A stretch of 64,000 nt of DNA. Origin: an uncultured delta proteobacterium. GTDB taxonomy: Bacteria > Myxococcota > Myxococcia > Myxococcales > Anaeromyxobacteraceae. The stretch is taken from the NCBI GenBank assembly GCA_963828255.1, contig CAWHDZ010000021.1:32001-96000 (forward strand). The letters are read 5' to 3'. Both the position numbers and the translations under genes were made by a program. The notes under the pieces were generated by a model. The model searched no databases. It saw only the letters and a list, made by a program, of their open reading frames with translations, and was not told the origin of the DNA. Position 1 is the stretch's first letter. Every line of letters starts with the position of its first letter. Positions 29,783 to 40,318 of this stretch are shown here, one piece after another.

Positions 29783-32434
29783 TCAGCGGATGGTGACGGA
29801 CTGCCCCACGTCGAGGCCGGGCGGGATCATCATCACCGCATCGCCCACGAAGGTGGAGTAGAAGACCCGCCCCCGGTATTCCTGGCCGGGGATCGTGCTC
29901 TTGTCGAACGAGGTGACGGCCGTCCCACCCGACGTGCCCGGAGGGTATCGGCTCATGCCCACGAGTCCGGTGGACGTCTGGAAGGTGACCCCCGCGTCCC
30001 TGGCGGGAGGCGAGGTGATCTCGTTGCAGTCCGGGATGGTCACGTCCAGCGGGCAGAACCGCCCGAGCCGAAAGGCCACGACCGGCCCGGGCACCATCGG
30101 GTTCAGCATGTCGGGGAAGGAAGCATACTTCTTGGTGGGAAACCCGGACGGGTAGTAGAAGCGCCGCGCCTTCCGCGCGAGGACGAGCGCCTCCCCCGAG
30201 AGGCCGTCCTCCTCGGTCCAGGCGAGGTCGTACTGCAGGTCCATCTGCGGGCGCCCGGCGTATCCTGCGACGCTGCCGGCGAGCAGAAAGCCCCCCGCCC
30301 TCAACCAGGTGCCGCGGGCGTGGTCGGTGCTCGGCGGGTTGTTCCGGAAAGCGGTGAGCACCTTGCCACCGTTCCCGGGCTGCTGGAACCAGGCCACGAG
30401 GCAGGCATACTCGTTCGCCAGCTCGGCCCCATCGGCCGGCCCGAGGCGGATTGCACCACCCGGGTAGAGGAGCGGGTCGGGATCGAGCAGGGAAAGGGCG
30501 ACCGTCTCGTGGGCCTGGGGAGCCTTGGTGGGATCGTAGACGGCCGTCGTCGACCCAGCCGGGATCCAGTTTGGTCGCGTGGACGGGCACGGGTCCTCGT
30601 CGAGGAGGAACTGGGGAATGTCTCCCGGCAGCCCGTCACGATCGACGGTGTGGATACCGAGATCGGGTCGGGCCACGATGGCGCCCGTGACCCAGTAGAG
30701 CGCCGCGGGGAGGACGCCGTCGGTGGAGGGGATGGCGGCCTCCTGAATGGCGACGTAAAGAGTCCCGTCGGAATGAAGCCCCAGGACGCTCCGGCGCTGG
30801 AAGAACCCGGGGAGAACTCCCTGGAACGAGACCAGCCACCGGTCATCGGTCGTGAAGCCGGGCCAGACGGTGACCGCCTGGTTCACTGTGTCGGTCCTGT
30901 AGGCTACCTCCACCGGCTGGCCAGGACTCGGGTGGTCCAGCCAGAGCCCCACTGCCGCGGACCCGCTGGGAAATCCGAAGAGCGACGAGTTGGAGAAGGG
31001 CCCCGCCGGGCCGACCGCCGTGCCCCCCGAGGCCTGGGTCCGCTGGCTGTCGTCGGACACCATGAAGGAGGCGGCCACGACCCCGAACCGTCCCAGGTCC
31101 TGGACGTATGCCAGGCCGTCGGAGGCGGTGATGAGGCCGGTCACGCTGGTCCACAGCTGACCGATGGGGGGCGCGACCATCATGAAGTCCTGCGGTGCCC
31201 CGTTCCCGTTGAACGGGGGATTGGAAGCCACCTCGGTCACGCTGGGACACGGCGGGATCGGGTAGCCCGGCACGGCCGGGGCATGGCAGACCTGGGAACC
31301 GAAGACCGTGCTGGGTGGGTCGTCCGCGGGAACCGCCGCGGGCATCGCGATCGCCATCGCGAGCGGCAGGGCGGGCACGAACATCGGAGTCCTGTATCCC
31401 TGGGTCGGTACGGTGGAGCCCGGCGGGCCCGCTGGCGCCGGATCTTCGGCGAGCCCGCCGAGGACCGGATCGAACGTGGCGACGCCGCAGGCGATGGCCT
31501 TCTCCGGACCGCATCCCGAGAGATCGAGCCCTGCGTAGACCCGAAGAACCGGCGCGCTGAACGTGTAGAAGTTCGTCTGGATCCTCTCGCCGACGAAGGC
31601 CGCGGCGACGAAGGTCGTGGCGCAGCCCCGGGCGTCGAGCCCGCGGACGGGCCAGGGGGCGTCGAGACCCAGGCTCGCGTCCACCTCGGCAACGCCCGAC
31701 ACGGTCCCTCCGATGCCGTCGGGAATTGGATCGAGCGAGGAGAGATAGAGGTGGACGTTGTCCGGTGCGGCGGCGACGCCGGACGGCGAGAAGCCGAGCG
31801 GCTTCGAGACCGGACCGGCCGAGATTGAGATCGAGCCGTCCGGCTGCCGCGCAGCCTCGAGCACGACCAACCGACCGTCGCTCCGGCTCCCGGCGGTTCC
31901 GAACCCCACCACGACCCAGGCCTTGCCCACGGTGCGCGGTGCAGCAGCCGGATCCCCCTCCGGCGGTCCCGCCGGCACCTGTGCGACAGCCAGGCCGAGG
32001 ATCTGCGCACCAGCCCCACCCACGCCCGAGAGGTCCAGGGTTTCGGTCACGCCGAAGCCGGCGCTTCCATCGAGCCAGGTGCCGACGACCTGTACCTGTG
32101 CCCCTGAACTGGCCACCACCAGCAGGTCGGCCATCCCGTCGTTGAGCGATCCCGATGCGAGGAAGCTCGGGCGCGGGACGGTTGGGATGGCGAGCGGCCA
32201 CGAGGCGTTGAGCCCCGACACGGAGGAGTCGGACGCCGGGTCGAGGAGCCGCAGCTCGTTGCCCCGAAACGAAGCGACCGCCACGAGCGGGACGAGCCCG
32301 GCCTCGGGCATCATGGGGTTGTACCCGGTGAACGCTGCGATCGCCACCGGCCCACGCAGGAGGGCCGGGATGACGGCGGACCCGCTGGAGCAGGCGGCCA
32401 TGCCGAGCGCGAGCGCGAGCGCCACCCGCTTCAC
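29783..32434 (-). CDS. Large hypothetical lipoprotein (~880 aa, beta-rich)
   Basis: Signal peptide and lipobox VKRVALALALGMAA-C; GTGA overlap with the upstream gene; no family recognised. Confidence 0.7.
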   Translation of the reverse strand: MKRVALALALGMAACSSGSAVIPALLRGPVAIAAFTGYNPMMPEAGLVPLVAVASFRGNELRLLDPASDSSVSGLNASWPLAIPTVPRPSFLASGSLNDGMADLLVVASSGAQVQVVGTWLDGSAGFGVTETLDLSGVGGAGAQILGLAVAQVPAGPPEGDPAAAPRTVGKAWVVVGFGTAGSRSDGRLVVLEAARQPDGSISISAGPVSKPLGFSPSGVAAAPDNVHLYLSSLDPIPDGIGGTVSGVAEVDASLGLDAPWPVRGLDARGCATTFVAAAFVGERIQTNFYTFSAPVLRVYAGLDLSGCGPEKAIACGVATFDPVLGGLAEDPAPAGPPGSTVPTQGYRTPMFVPALPLAMAIAMPAAVPADDPPSTVFGSQVCHAPAVPGYPIPPCPSVTEVASNPPFNGNGAPQDFMMVAPPIGQLWTSVTGLITASDGLAYVQDLGRFGVVAASFMVSDDSQRTQASGGTAVGPAGPFSNSSLFGFPSGSAAVGLWLDHPSPGQPVEVAYRTDTVNQAVTVWPGFTTDDRWLVSFQGVLPGFFQRRSVLGLHSDGTLYVAIQEAAIPSTDGVLPAALYWVTGAIVARPDLGIHTVDRDGLPGDIPQFLLDEDPCPSTRPNWIPAGSTTAVYDPTKAPQAHETVALSLLDPDPLLYPGGAIRLGPADGAELANEYACLVAWFQQPGNGGKVLTAFRNNPPSTDHARGTWLRAGGFLLAGSVAGYAGRPQMDLQYDLAWTEEDGLSGEALVLARKARRFYYPSGFPTKKYASFPDMLNPMVPGPVVAFRLGRFCPLDVTIPDCNEITSPPARDAGVTFQTSTGLVGMSRYPPGTSGGTAVTSFDKSTIPGQEYRGRVFYSTFVGDAVMMIPPGLDVGQSVTIR

Positions 32435-33870
32435 GGTCCCCTCCCGATGCGTTTCACGAGCGCCACGTCGGTCGGACGATCGGGGTCGAGTTCCAGGACG
32501 TTCACCCAGTGATTGAGGAAGCTCCCCACGTAGATCCGCTGGCAGTCCCTCCCGGCGGTGCACGGGGACGGCTGGTACCCGGACCCGGCGACGGGGATCG
32601 TGGCCCGCGCCGGGTCGATGGGCTCGACGGCCAGGCCGAACGGCGAGCGTCCCAGAACCGGGAGACCGGAGCTGGTGTCGAGCCCGACGTACCGGACGAC
32701 GGTGCGGGAACTGGTGTCGATGATGGCCAGGGCGCCCTCGGTGTCGCAGGTCACCGCGAGGAGATCCGGCTTGCCGTCCCGATGGGGCAGGCGCCGGATC
32801 TGTCCGACGCCCAGGCAGGTCCGGACGATGCCCTGGAGCGCCATTCGCGGCTCGCCGAACGACGAGGGCGCGAGGTCGAAGATTGCGACCGCTCCACCCT
32901 GGGTGAAGAAGGAACCCGTCTGCGCCGCCACCGGCACGTCGTAGAGGTCCACCGTCACGTAGAGCATCTGGCCGTCGCTGGAGACCGCCATGTCCCGGGC
33001 CGCGGCTCCCGTCAGGAGGGCCGAGAAGTACGCAGCGGCGTACTCGGGCATGGCGAATCCGTTGACGTCCGAGACCGTGACCAGGGGGTTGAACCAGCGG
33101 AACTGCTGGTTGAAACCGATGGTGGAGGTGACGAACAGCCGGTCGTTGGCGGGATTGAAGACCGAGCTGTACGTCCCGTCGCTGCCGATGAGCAGGGGCA
33201 GGACGTCGTCATCGGCCGCCAGGTTCAGCCGGGTGAGCCACCCGAGGTTGTTGGCCGCCATCAGGTGGGAGACGAAGGCGTAGGCGGCAGGGAAGCCCGC
33301 GGCTTCGCTGCAGGCGATCGAGACCCCGTAAGGATCCGGTCGGTCGATCGGGACGGAGAAGGGGCATCCGGCGCCGCAATCGAGCCCCCCGGCCTCCGTG
33401 ATCGACATGCGGTATATCTGCAGGCCCGAGCGGGAAGCGACCACCAGCTTCGCCCCCCCCGCCGCGAGCACGGGATCGGACGCGAGGGGCGGACACCCCG
33501 ATGGGCAGTCGGGCCATCCGGGTTGGCACCGCGCCTCGACGAGACCTGCCTCGCCCCCGAAGCTCGCGATCCGGAACGACCCCAGGACGCTGAGCGCACC
33601 GCCCACCTCGGTATCCTGGGACCGGTCGGGGTCCACGACCAGGACGGTGCCGCCGTCGATCTGGTCGTAGCGGAGGTCGAAGTTGGAGTTGACGACCACG
33701 AGCTGCGACGACCCGTACGGATCCGCGGGCGTGGGCGCCAACTGCCGGACGGCGATACCAACCGGAAAGTAGAGGATGTCGAGAGGGGGGACGACGTTCG
33801 GGAAGGAATCCCGGCAGCCGGCCGCCGTCACGAAGGCGAGGAGCGCAATAATCTTTGGGAATCTGGTCAC
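32431..33870 (-). CDS. Hypothetical lipoprotein, beta-propeller (YncE-like) character
   Basis: Lipobox FVTAAG-C; blade-like segments YFPVGIAV, LVVVNSNFDLRY, PYGVSI, DMAVSSDGQMLYV, PFGLAV. Confidence 0.7.
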   Translation of the reverse strand: MTRFPKIIALLAFVTAAGCRDSFPNVVPPLDILYFPVGIAVRQLAPTPADPYGSSQLVVVNSNFDLRYDQIDGGTVLVVDPDRSQDTEVGGALSVLGSFRIASFGGEAGLVEARCQPGWPDCPSGCPPLASDPVLAAGGAKLVVASRSGLQIYRMSITEAGGLDCGAGCPFSVPIDRPDPYGVSIACSEAAGFPAAYAFVSHLMAANNLGWLTRLNLAADDDVLPLLIGSDGTYSSVFNPANDRLFVTSTIGFNQQFRWFNPLVTVSDVNGFAMPEYAAAYFSALLTGAAARDMAVSSDGQMLYVTVDLYDVPVAAQTGSFFTQGGAVAIFDLAPSSFGEPRMALQGIVRTCLGVGQIRRLPHRDGKPDLLAVTCDTEGALAIIDTSSRTVVRYVGLDTSSGLPVLGRSPFGLAVEPIDPARATIPVAGSGYQPSPCTAGRDCQRIYVGSFLNHWVNVLELDPDRPTDVALVKRIGRGP

Positions 33871-33927
33871 CGGGAAGGCGGAACCTAAGCCCCACCTCCC
33901 CCCAGGGTCAAGGGGAAACCGGACGCC

Positions 33928-36042
33928 TCAGGCGCTTCCGCCGCCGCTGCCCGCGGGAGGCAGTTCGGCCTGGATCTTCCGGAAGTCGGCGACGTCTCCG
34001 AACAGGTCGGACACACGCTTCATGAGCCCGAGCCGGTTGGCGCGGACGGCCGGGTCGTCGGCCATGACGAGGACCTTGTCGAAGAACAGGTCCACCGCCG
34101 GCTTGAGCGAGGCCACCGCCCTGAGCACCGCCGCGTAGTCGCGGGCGCGGCGCATCTCCGCCACCTCCGACTCCACGCGGACGAGGTCGTCGAGGAGCGC
34201 GGTCTCGGCGCCCTCCCGGAGCAGCGCCGGATCCACCGCGGCGCCCGCTCCCTCCCCCGCCTTCTCGCGGATGTTGGCCACGCGCTTGAACGCCACCGCC
34301 AGCGGGAGGAAGTCCGGCCGGGCCTTGATGCTCGCGAGCGCCTCCAGCCGCCGCCGCGCGTCCACCGCGTCGTCGAAGCCGGCGGCCAGGACGGCGTCCA
34401 CGAGGTCGCCCGGGAACTCGTCGCTCCAGAGCGCCCGGAGCCTCCCGCGCAGGAAGTCGCGGACCTGCGAGGCCACCACCGCCCGGTCGGCGGAGAGGCG
34501 CACGCCGGAGAGCGCGTCGAGCGTGCGCTCCACACCGGCGGCGAGCGAGAGGTGCCACCCCCGCGACTGCACGATGCGCAGGATCCCGATGGCGGCGCGC
34601 CGCAGGCCGTAGGGGTCGGCGGCTCCGGTGGCCTTCTCCCCCACCCCGATGATCCCGACGAGTTGGTGCAGCCGGTCGGCCACGCCGACGAGCGCGCCGA
34701 GATCTCCGCGCGGCATCTCGCCGGCGGATCCCAGCGGCTTGTAGTGGTCCTCGATGGCGTCGGCGATGGCGGAGCGCATCCCCTCGTGGCGGGCGTAGTG
34801 GCCCCCCATGATCCCCTGCAACTCGGGGAACTCGCCCACCATGCCGGTGGTGAGGTCGGTCTTGCAGAGGCGGGCCGCCTCGAGGACGTCCGGGACCAGG
34901 TCGTCCCTGCCAAGGGCCCGGGCCAGGTCGCCTGCCACCGCGGCGATCCGGTGTACGCGGTCGAGCTCGCTGCCCAGGCGCGCCTGGTAGGTCCTCCTGC
35001 CCAGGTCCTCGATCCGGTCCACCAGCCTCCGCTTGCGGTCCTCCTCGAAGAAGAACCGGGCGTCGGCGAGCCGGGCGCGCAGCACCCGCTCGTACCCGTG
35101 GCGGGCCACCGCAGGGTCCTTCACCGGCGTGCCCGAGACGGCCACGAAGCGGTTGAGGAGCCGCCCCTTCGCGTCGTTCACCGCGAAGTAGCGCTGGTGG
35201 TTGCGCATCTCGGAGACGACCACCTCCGGGGGCAGTTCCAGGTTCGACTTCTCGAAGCTGCCGGCGATCCCGGTGGGGTGCTCGACGAGCCAGGTGACCT
35301 GCTCGACGAGCGGCTCGTCGGGACGGAGCGCTCCCCCGGCCTTGCGGGCGGCCCGGGCGAGCTCCTTCTCCACCGCGGCCCTCCGCTCGTCGGGGTCAGC
35401 GACGACGAACGCCTTGCGGAGCCTGGCCAGGTAGTCCTCGGGCTTCCCGGAGAGCGGGATGGCGCGCGGCGCGAGGAACCTGTGGCCGTAGGTGGTCCGG
35501 CCGCTCTTCACGTCCCCGTGGCGCACCGCCACCGGCCGTCCGTCGAGGAGCGCCACCATCCAGCGCACCGGCCGGGCGAAGGTGACCTCCTCGCTGCGGG
35601 AGCGCATGGCCTTCTTGAAGCGCAGGCCGGCCACCAGCCGCTCCAGGATCGCCGGCACCACCTGCTCCGCCTTGCGCCCCTTCTCGACCTTCGTCACCGC
35701 CAGTCGAAGTCCCTTGGGCGTCTCCACCCGCTCCAGCGCCGCCACCTCGACCCCCTGGCTCCGGGCGAAGCCGGCCGCCGCCGGGGTCGGGTTGCCGGCC
35801 GCGTCGAAGGCCTGGGCCACCGGGGGCCCGAGCGCCTGGCTGATGGCGTCGCCCTGCCGCCGCTCCACCTCGCGCGCCCACACGGTGAGCCGCCTCGGCG
35901 TCCCCACCGCGCGCACCTCGCCGTGCCCGAGCCGGGCGTCGTCGAGGGCCTTCGACAGGTCCTGGGCCATCTGCTGCAGCGCCGCCGGCGCGAAGCCCGC
36001 CGGGATCTCCTCGGCGCCGATCTCGAAAAGAAGGTCCGCCAT
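33928..36042 (-). CDS. glyS: Glycine--tRNA ligase beta subunit
   Basis: LLFEIGAEEIP, GTPRRL, FARPVRW, MVGEFPELQG, DPYGLRR, NRLGL. Confidence 0.96.
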   Translation of the reverse strand: MADLLFEIGAEEIPAGFAPAALQQMAQDLSKALDDARLGHGEVRAVGTPRRLTVWAREVERRQGDAISQALGPPVAQAFDAAGNPTPAAAGFARSQGVEVAALERVETPKGLRLAVTKVEKGRKAEQVVPAILERLVAGLRFKKAMRSRSEEVTFARPVRWMVALLDGRPVAVRHGDVKSGRTTYGHRFLAPRAIPLSGKPEDYLARLRKAFVVADPDERRAAVEKELARAARKAGGALRPDEPLVEQVTWLVEHPTGIAGSFEKSNLELPPEVVVSEMRNHQRYFAVNDAKGRLLNRFVAVSGTPVKDPAVARHGYERVLRARLADARFFFEEDRKRRLVDRIEDLGRRTYQARLGSELDRVHRIAAVAGDLARALGRDDLVPDVLEAARLCKTDLTTGMVGEFPELQGIMGGHYARHEGMRSAIADAIEDHYKPLGSAGEMPRGDLGALVGVADRLHQLVGIIGVGEKATGAADPYGLRRAAIGILRIVQSRGWHLSLAAGVERTLDALSGVRLSADRAVVASQVRDFLRGRLRALWSDEFPGDLVDAVLAAGFDDAVDARRRLEALASIKARPDFLPLAVAFKRVANIREKAGEGAGAAVDPALLREGAETALLDDLVRVESEVAEMRRARDYAAVLRAVASLKPAVDLFFDKVLVMADDPAVRANRLGLMKRVSDLFGDVADFRKIQAELPPAGSGGGSA

Positions 36043-36054
36043 GCCCGCCTCCTG

Positions 36055-36984
36055 CTATCCGGCCTCGGCCGCTTCGCGGGCCGCGCGCGCTGCCTCGACC
36101 GCCGCCTTGCGCTCCCGGGGCGGCAGCAGGGGGAATCCGAGGGCCTCCCGGGAGGCCAGGTAGCCCCGTGCGCACTGGTGCGCCAGCGCGCGCACGCGTC
36201 CGATGTAGGCGGCGCGCTCCGTCACGCTGATGGCGCCGCGGGCGTCGAGCATGTTGAAGGCGTGGGAGCACTTGAGGCAGGCGTCGTAGGCCGGGAGGGG
36301 GAGCCGGGCCTCGATGAGCCGCCTGCACTCCGCCTCGAAGACGTCGAACTGGCCGAAGAGCATCTTCGGGTCGCTCTGCCGGAAGGCGTACTCGCTCATC
36401 TCCACCTCGTTGCGGTGGAAGACCTCGCGGTACTTCACCCCCTTCACCCACTCGACGTCGAAGACGTTCTCCACGTCCTGCAGGTACATGGCGATGCGCT
36501 CGAGGCCGTAGGTCAGCTCGGCCGCCACCGGCTTCACCTCGAAGCCGCCGGCCTGCTGGAAGTAGGTGTACTGGGTGATTTCCATCCCGTCGCACCACAC
36601 CTCCCAGCCGAGCCCCCAGGCGCCCAGCGTGGGGCTCTCCCAGTCGTCCTCGACGAAGCGGATGTCGTGCGCGCGCGGGTCGATGCCGATGGCGCGCAGC
36701 GAGCCCAGGTACAGGTCCTGGGTGTCGGGCGGATTGGGCTTCAGGATCACCTGGAACTGGTGGTGCTGGAAGAGCCGGTTGGGGTTGTCGCCGAAGCGGC
36801 CGTCGGCGGGGCGCCGGGAGGGCTCGACGTAGGCCACCTTCCACGGCTCCGGTCCGAGCACCCGGAGGAACGTGGCCGGGTTCATGGTGCCGGCCCCGAC
36901 CTCGAGGTCGTATCCCTGGGCCAGGATGCAGCCCTGCTTCGCCCAGTAGGACTGGAGCTTGAGGATGAGGTCCTGGAACGTCAC
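36055..36984 (-). CDS. glyQ: Glycine--tRNA ligase alpha subunit
   Basis: [43 protein letters not shown]. Confidence 0.97.
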   Translation of the reverse strand: MTFQDLILKLQSYWAKQGCILAQGYDLEVGAGTMNPATFLRVLGPEPWKVAYVEPSRRPADGRFGDNPNRLFQHHQFQVILKPNPPDTQDLYLGSLRAIGIDPRAHDIRFVEDDWESPTLGAWGLGWEVWCDGMEITQYTYFQQAGGFEVKPVAAELTYGLERIAMYLQDVENVFDVEWVKGVKYREVFHRNEVEMSEYAFRQSDPKMLFGQFDVFEAECRRLIEARLPLPAYDACLKCSHAFNMLDARGAISVTERAAYIGRVRALAHQCARGYLASREALGFPLLPPRERKAAVEAARAAREAAEAG

Positions 36985-37068
36985 GCGATGCCCTCGCTTT
37001 CACGCTCCCGGCCGCTGCCGGGCCCTCCTTCGTAGGTCCCCGCGGCCGGTGCTGTCAAACGGAACCAT

Positions 37069-37824
37069 TCACTCCCGAGAGAGCATCGGCCCCACCTCGT
37101 CGAGAAAGCGGCGCGACTGGAGCCGCTTGCCGAGGTGGATCTCGATGCAGGCCCCGAGGATGGCGCGTGCCTCCGCCCCCTCGGACACGCCCGCCTCCAC
37201 GCCCTCGCCCCCCTGCAGCCTGCGCAGCGCCTCGAGGGCCCCGGCCGAGATGGGACGCGCCCCGGCGCCGCCGGTGGAGCCGCAGGCCGGGCAGAGCACC
37301 CCTCCCTGGAGCGGGTCGAAGCGTCCCGGGCCCTCGCCGGCCGGCAGCCCGCAGCGCGCACACGCAGTGAGCGAAGGCTGGAGGCCGGCGGCGCGCAGCG
37401 CGTCGAGCTCGAACCGGCGCAGGTCCCAGGGGCGGGCCGGACCCTCGTCCAGCAGTCCCATGTACGCCACCAGCGCGTCGAAGAGGTCCTCGTGCGGCTC
37501 GGCGTCGCGCACCAGTTCCCGGGTGAGCTCGACGGCGTAGCTGGCGCAGGCGATGCGGGCCAGGTCGCCGCGAAGGTTTCCGAACCCGCGCTCCACCGCC
37601 GCGTCCTCGAGCCCCCACAGGTCCCCGCCGCGCTCCGTGAGCTCGGCCGAGAGCAGCGTGAAGGGCTCGAGCACCCCGCCGAAGCGCCTCCGGGAGGAGC
37701 GCGCGCCGCGGGCGAAGGCCGAGAGCTTTCCCCTCTCCCGGCTGAAGAGGGTCACGACGCGATCCCGCTCGCCGTAGTCCACCGAGCGCAGGACCACGGC
37801 CAGGAGCTTGGCGGACCGGGCCAC
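37069..37824 (-). CDS. recO: DNA repair protein RecO
   Basis: VLRSVDYGERDRVVTLFSRERGKL, Zn finger CARCG...GGVLCPAC. Confidence 0.92.
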   Translation of the reverse strand: MARSAKLLAVVLRSVDYGERDRVVTLFSRERGKLSAFARGARSSRRRFGGVLEPFTLLSAELTERGGDLWGLEDAAVERGFGNLRGDLARIACASYAVELTRELVRDAEPHEDLFDALVAYMGLLDEGPARPWDLRRFELDALRAAGLQPSLTACARCGLPAGEGPGRFDPLQGGVLCPACGSTGGAGARPISAGALEALRRLQGGEGVEAGVSEGAEARAILGACIEIHLGKRLQSRRFLDEVGPMLSRE

Positions 37825-37832
37825 GCGAACGC

Positions 37833-38345
37833 CTACGGAGCGCCGGGGGCCCGGTAGGGCGCGCGCTCGGAGGACCTGCGGCCCTGGACCTCGCCCGCGT
37901 CGCCGCCCCCGCGCCGCATGCCGACGGCCACCGCCGCGGCGACCAGCAAGACCACCAGGATGGCGACGACCGCGAGGCGGCGCTTCCCCGGCGACGCCAC
38001 CGCGCCGGGGCGAGCCCCCACCCGCGCGGCCCCGGCGCGCGCCGCCCCGGGCGCCGGCTCGGGCTCCTCGAAGCCGGCCGCCTCCTGGTAGCGGAGCACG
38101 ACGTCGTCGGCGTCGAGCCCGACCGCCCCGGCGTAGCTCCTCAGGTAGCCCACCAGGTAGCCGCGCGGCGGCATCCGCTCCGGGTCGCCCGCCTCGATCG
38201 CCTCGATCACCGTCAGCGCGAGCCGGGTGACCCGGGCCACGTCCTCGGCGGAGAGGCCCCGGAGGTCCCGCTCCCTCAGGAGGTAGCGTCCGAAGGCGCG
38301 GACCGCCTCCGGGCGCGGCTCCGGCGCGGGCGCGTTCGTCGTCAC
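37833..38345 (-). CDS. RodZ-like helix-turn-helix membrane protein
   Basis: FGRYLLRERDLRGLSAEDVA...GYLRSYAGAVGLD plus one TM helix. Confidence 0.82.
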   Translation of the reverse strand: MTTNAPAPEPRPEAVRAFGRYLLRERDLRGLSAEDVARVTRLALTVIEAIEAGDPERMPPRGYLVGYLRSYAGAVGLDADDVVLRYQEAAGFEEPEPAPGAARAGAARVGARPGAVASPGKRRLAVVAILVVLLVAAAVAVGMRRGGGDAGEVQGRRSSERAPYRAPGAP

Positions 38346-39076
38346 CGGAGCTGCTCGCCGCTCTTCTTGCAGTCCTCGCCGACCGGCGTCCCCGCGCCGA
38401 GCTCGGCGCAGCGCTGGAACGAGTCGCGGGCGCGCCCGGCCTGCCCGACCCGGAGAAGGGCGCCGCCGAGGAGCTGCTGGGCGTCGGCCGACTTCTCACA
38501 GGTCTTCGCGTACTGCTCGAAGGAGCCGACCGCCTCGCGGGACTGCCCGTCGGCGAGCTGGATGCGCCCCAGCTCGCGCCACCCCTGGCAGTACTTGGGC
38601 TGGAAGTTGAGGCAGGCCTTGAGCTCGGCGACCCCCTCCTCCTTCTTCCCCATCCGCCAGAGCGCCTGCCCCTTGTTGCACCGGGCAACCCAGGGCTCGC
38701 GGTACAGCATGATGGAGGCGGCCACGTCGAACTCCTTCACCGCCTCCTCGAGCCGGCCGGTGCGGGCGAGGAGCTGCCCCAGGTTGTTGTGGGCCTCGGC
38801 CAGGGTGGGCTTGAGGAGGATGGCCTTCCGGTACTCGGCCTCCGCCTCGTCGAGCTTCCCGAAGGCGAGCTCGTAGACGACCCCCTTTCCGAGGTGCGCC
38901 TCGGCGAGTTCGGGGTCGTACTTGAGCGCCTCGTCGTAGGACTTCATCGCGTCCTGGGCGCGGCCGGCGGTCACCGCCTCGGCCCCCAGGTCCGCGTGGA
39001 CGATGGCGGTGTCCTTGTCCCTGGCGCTCGCGCCGTGGGCGCAGGCCGATGCGAGGAGGAGGAGCACCGAGGCCAA
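38342..39076 (-). CDS. tgl: TPR lipoprotein Tgl/PilF (type IV pilus secretin pilotin); start uncertain
   Basis: Lipobox LLASA-C, multiple TPRs (EAHNNLG), Cys-rich C-terminal half, next to a RodZ-like gene. Confidence 0.8.
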   Translation of the reverse strand: MASVLLLLASACAHGASARDKDTAIVHADLGAEAVTAGRAQDAMKSYDEALKYDPELAEAHLGKGVVYELAFGKLDEAEAEYRKAILLKPTLAEAHNNLGQLLARTGRLEEAVKEFDVAASIMLYREPWVARCNKGQALWRMGKKEEGVAELKACLNFQPKYCQGWRELGRIQLADGQSREAVGSFEQYAKTCEKSADAQQLLGGALLRVGQAGRARDSFQRCAELGAGTPVGEDCKKSGEQLR

Positions 39077-39100
39077 GGCGACGGGGAGATTCTCTCATGG

Positions 39101-39550
39101 TCAGACGCTCGCCAGGAGGCGCGCGATGCGCTCGGCCTGCTTGAGGTCGGCCGCGCCGTCGGCCGGGCGCGGCTCGTGGAAGACCGGGACCCGCTTCACG
39201 GTCTCGATCTGCTGTGGCTCGGCCAGGTTCCGGAAGTTCAGGTTGTCGAGCATGAATCCCATCGACTCCAGGAAGTGGAGCCCCTCGATCTCGACGTCGC
39301 GGTACTCCTCCATGCCCACCTCGCGCCGTTCGCTGGCGTAGACCACGTTCTCTCCGGTCTTGGGGAGGTAGAGCGAGACGAAGATGGAGAAGCTGCCGTT
39401 CTGGTTCCGCAGGCCGCAGAGGAACCCCTGCACCGCCTGCGGCTCCTTGCCCGGGATGGAGACCTGGGGCTGGTTGATGCTCTCCACGAGCGCCACGACC
39501 TGCTCGCGGCTGGCGGGGATGTAGCGGATGCCCGGGTCTGGCTCGAACAC
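39101..39550 (-). CDS. Hypothetical protein upstream of tgl
   Basis: Normal codon bias and globular composition (FLESMGFMLDNLNFR); no function recognised. Confidence 0.75.
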   Translation of the reverse strand: MFEPDPGIRYIPASREQVVALVESINQPQVSIPGKEPQAVQGFLCGLRNQNGSFSIFVSLYLPKTGENVVYASERREVGMEEYRDVEIEGLHFLESMGFMLDNLNFRNLAEPQQIETVKRVPVFHEPRPADGAADLKQAERIARLLASV

Positions 39551-39665
39551 GCTGATCCTCGTCGTTCCGGTGGGGTCGTTCCTCTTTCGCCTGGCCTTCC
39601 GGTAGCTAGCGCCCCCGGCGCGGGCGCGTCAAGTTCCACGCGCCCTCGCGGGCGCCGCGCGAATC

Positions 39666-40298
39666 CTACACGCCCCGGGCCGCGGCGCCCCAGACGACCT
39701 TGTGGAGTTGCAGGTTCAGGCGCGCGGCGACGCCGCTCTCCAGGATCCAGCGGGCCAGGTCGCGCGGCTCGACCCGTCCCAGGACCGGGCCGACGAGCAC
39801 GGTCACCCTCCCCTCGAGCCCCTGGCCGCGGATCACCTCGAGCGACCAGCGGAAGTCGGCCTCCGAGGAGACCACGAACTTCACCTCGTCGTGGGGGAGC
39901 AGCCGGGAGAGCCAGCCCAGCCCGGTGGCCGGCTCGCCCGACTCCGGCGTCTTCACGTCGGCGATTCGCACCACGGCGTCGGGAAGGGCGTCGAGCGGGG
40001 CCTGCCCGTGGGTCTCCACGAGCACCTCGTACCCCCGGTCGAGGAGGTCGCGGGCCAGGTCGGGGAGCTCCCGCTGCAGCATGGGCTCCCCGCCGGTGAG
40101 AAGGACGAGCTTGCAGGGGTGGCGGGCCACCTCGGCCAGGATCTCCTCCCGGCTCGCCTCCCGGCCCCCGGTGAAGGCGTAGGCCGTGTCGCAGTAGTTG
40201 CAGCGCAGGTCGCAGCCGGTGAGGCGCACGAAGACGCAGGGGAGCCCCGCGCGCGTGCCCTCCCCCTGGATGCTGAAGAAGATCTCGGTGACCCGCAT
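39666..40298 (-). CDS. queE: 7-carboxy-7-deazaguanine synthase (radical SAM)
   Basis: EIFFSIQGEG, RLTGCDLRCNYCDT, TGGEP, QLHK. Confidence 0.93.
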   Translation of the reverse strand: MRVTEIFFSIQGEGTRAGLPCVFVRLTGCDLRCNYCDTAYAFTGGREASREEILAEVARHPCKLVLLTGGEPMLQRELPDLARDLLDRGYEVLVETHGQAPLDALPDAVVRIADVKTPESGEPATGLGWLSRLLPHDEVKFVVSSEADFRWSLEVIRGQGLEGRVTVLVGPVLGRVEPRDLARWILESGVAARLNLQLHKVVWGAAARGV

Positions 40299-40318
40299 GG
40301 CTGCGACCGGCCCGGATC

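Noticed and set aside
39666..40298. queE as part of a 7-deazaguanine DNA modification (Dpd) defence island
   Set aside because: No dpdA/tgt-like or other dpd genes are nearby, and the context is housekeeping.
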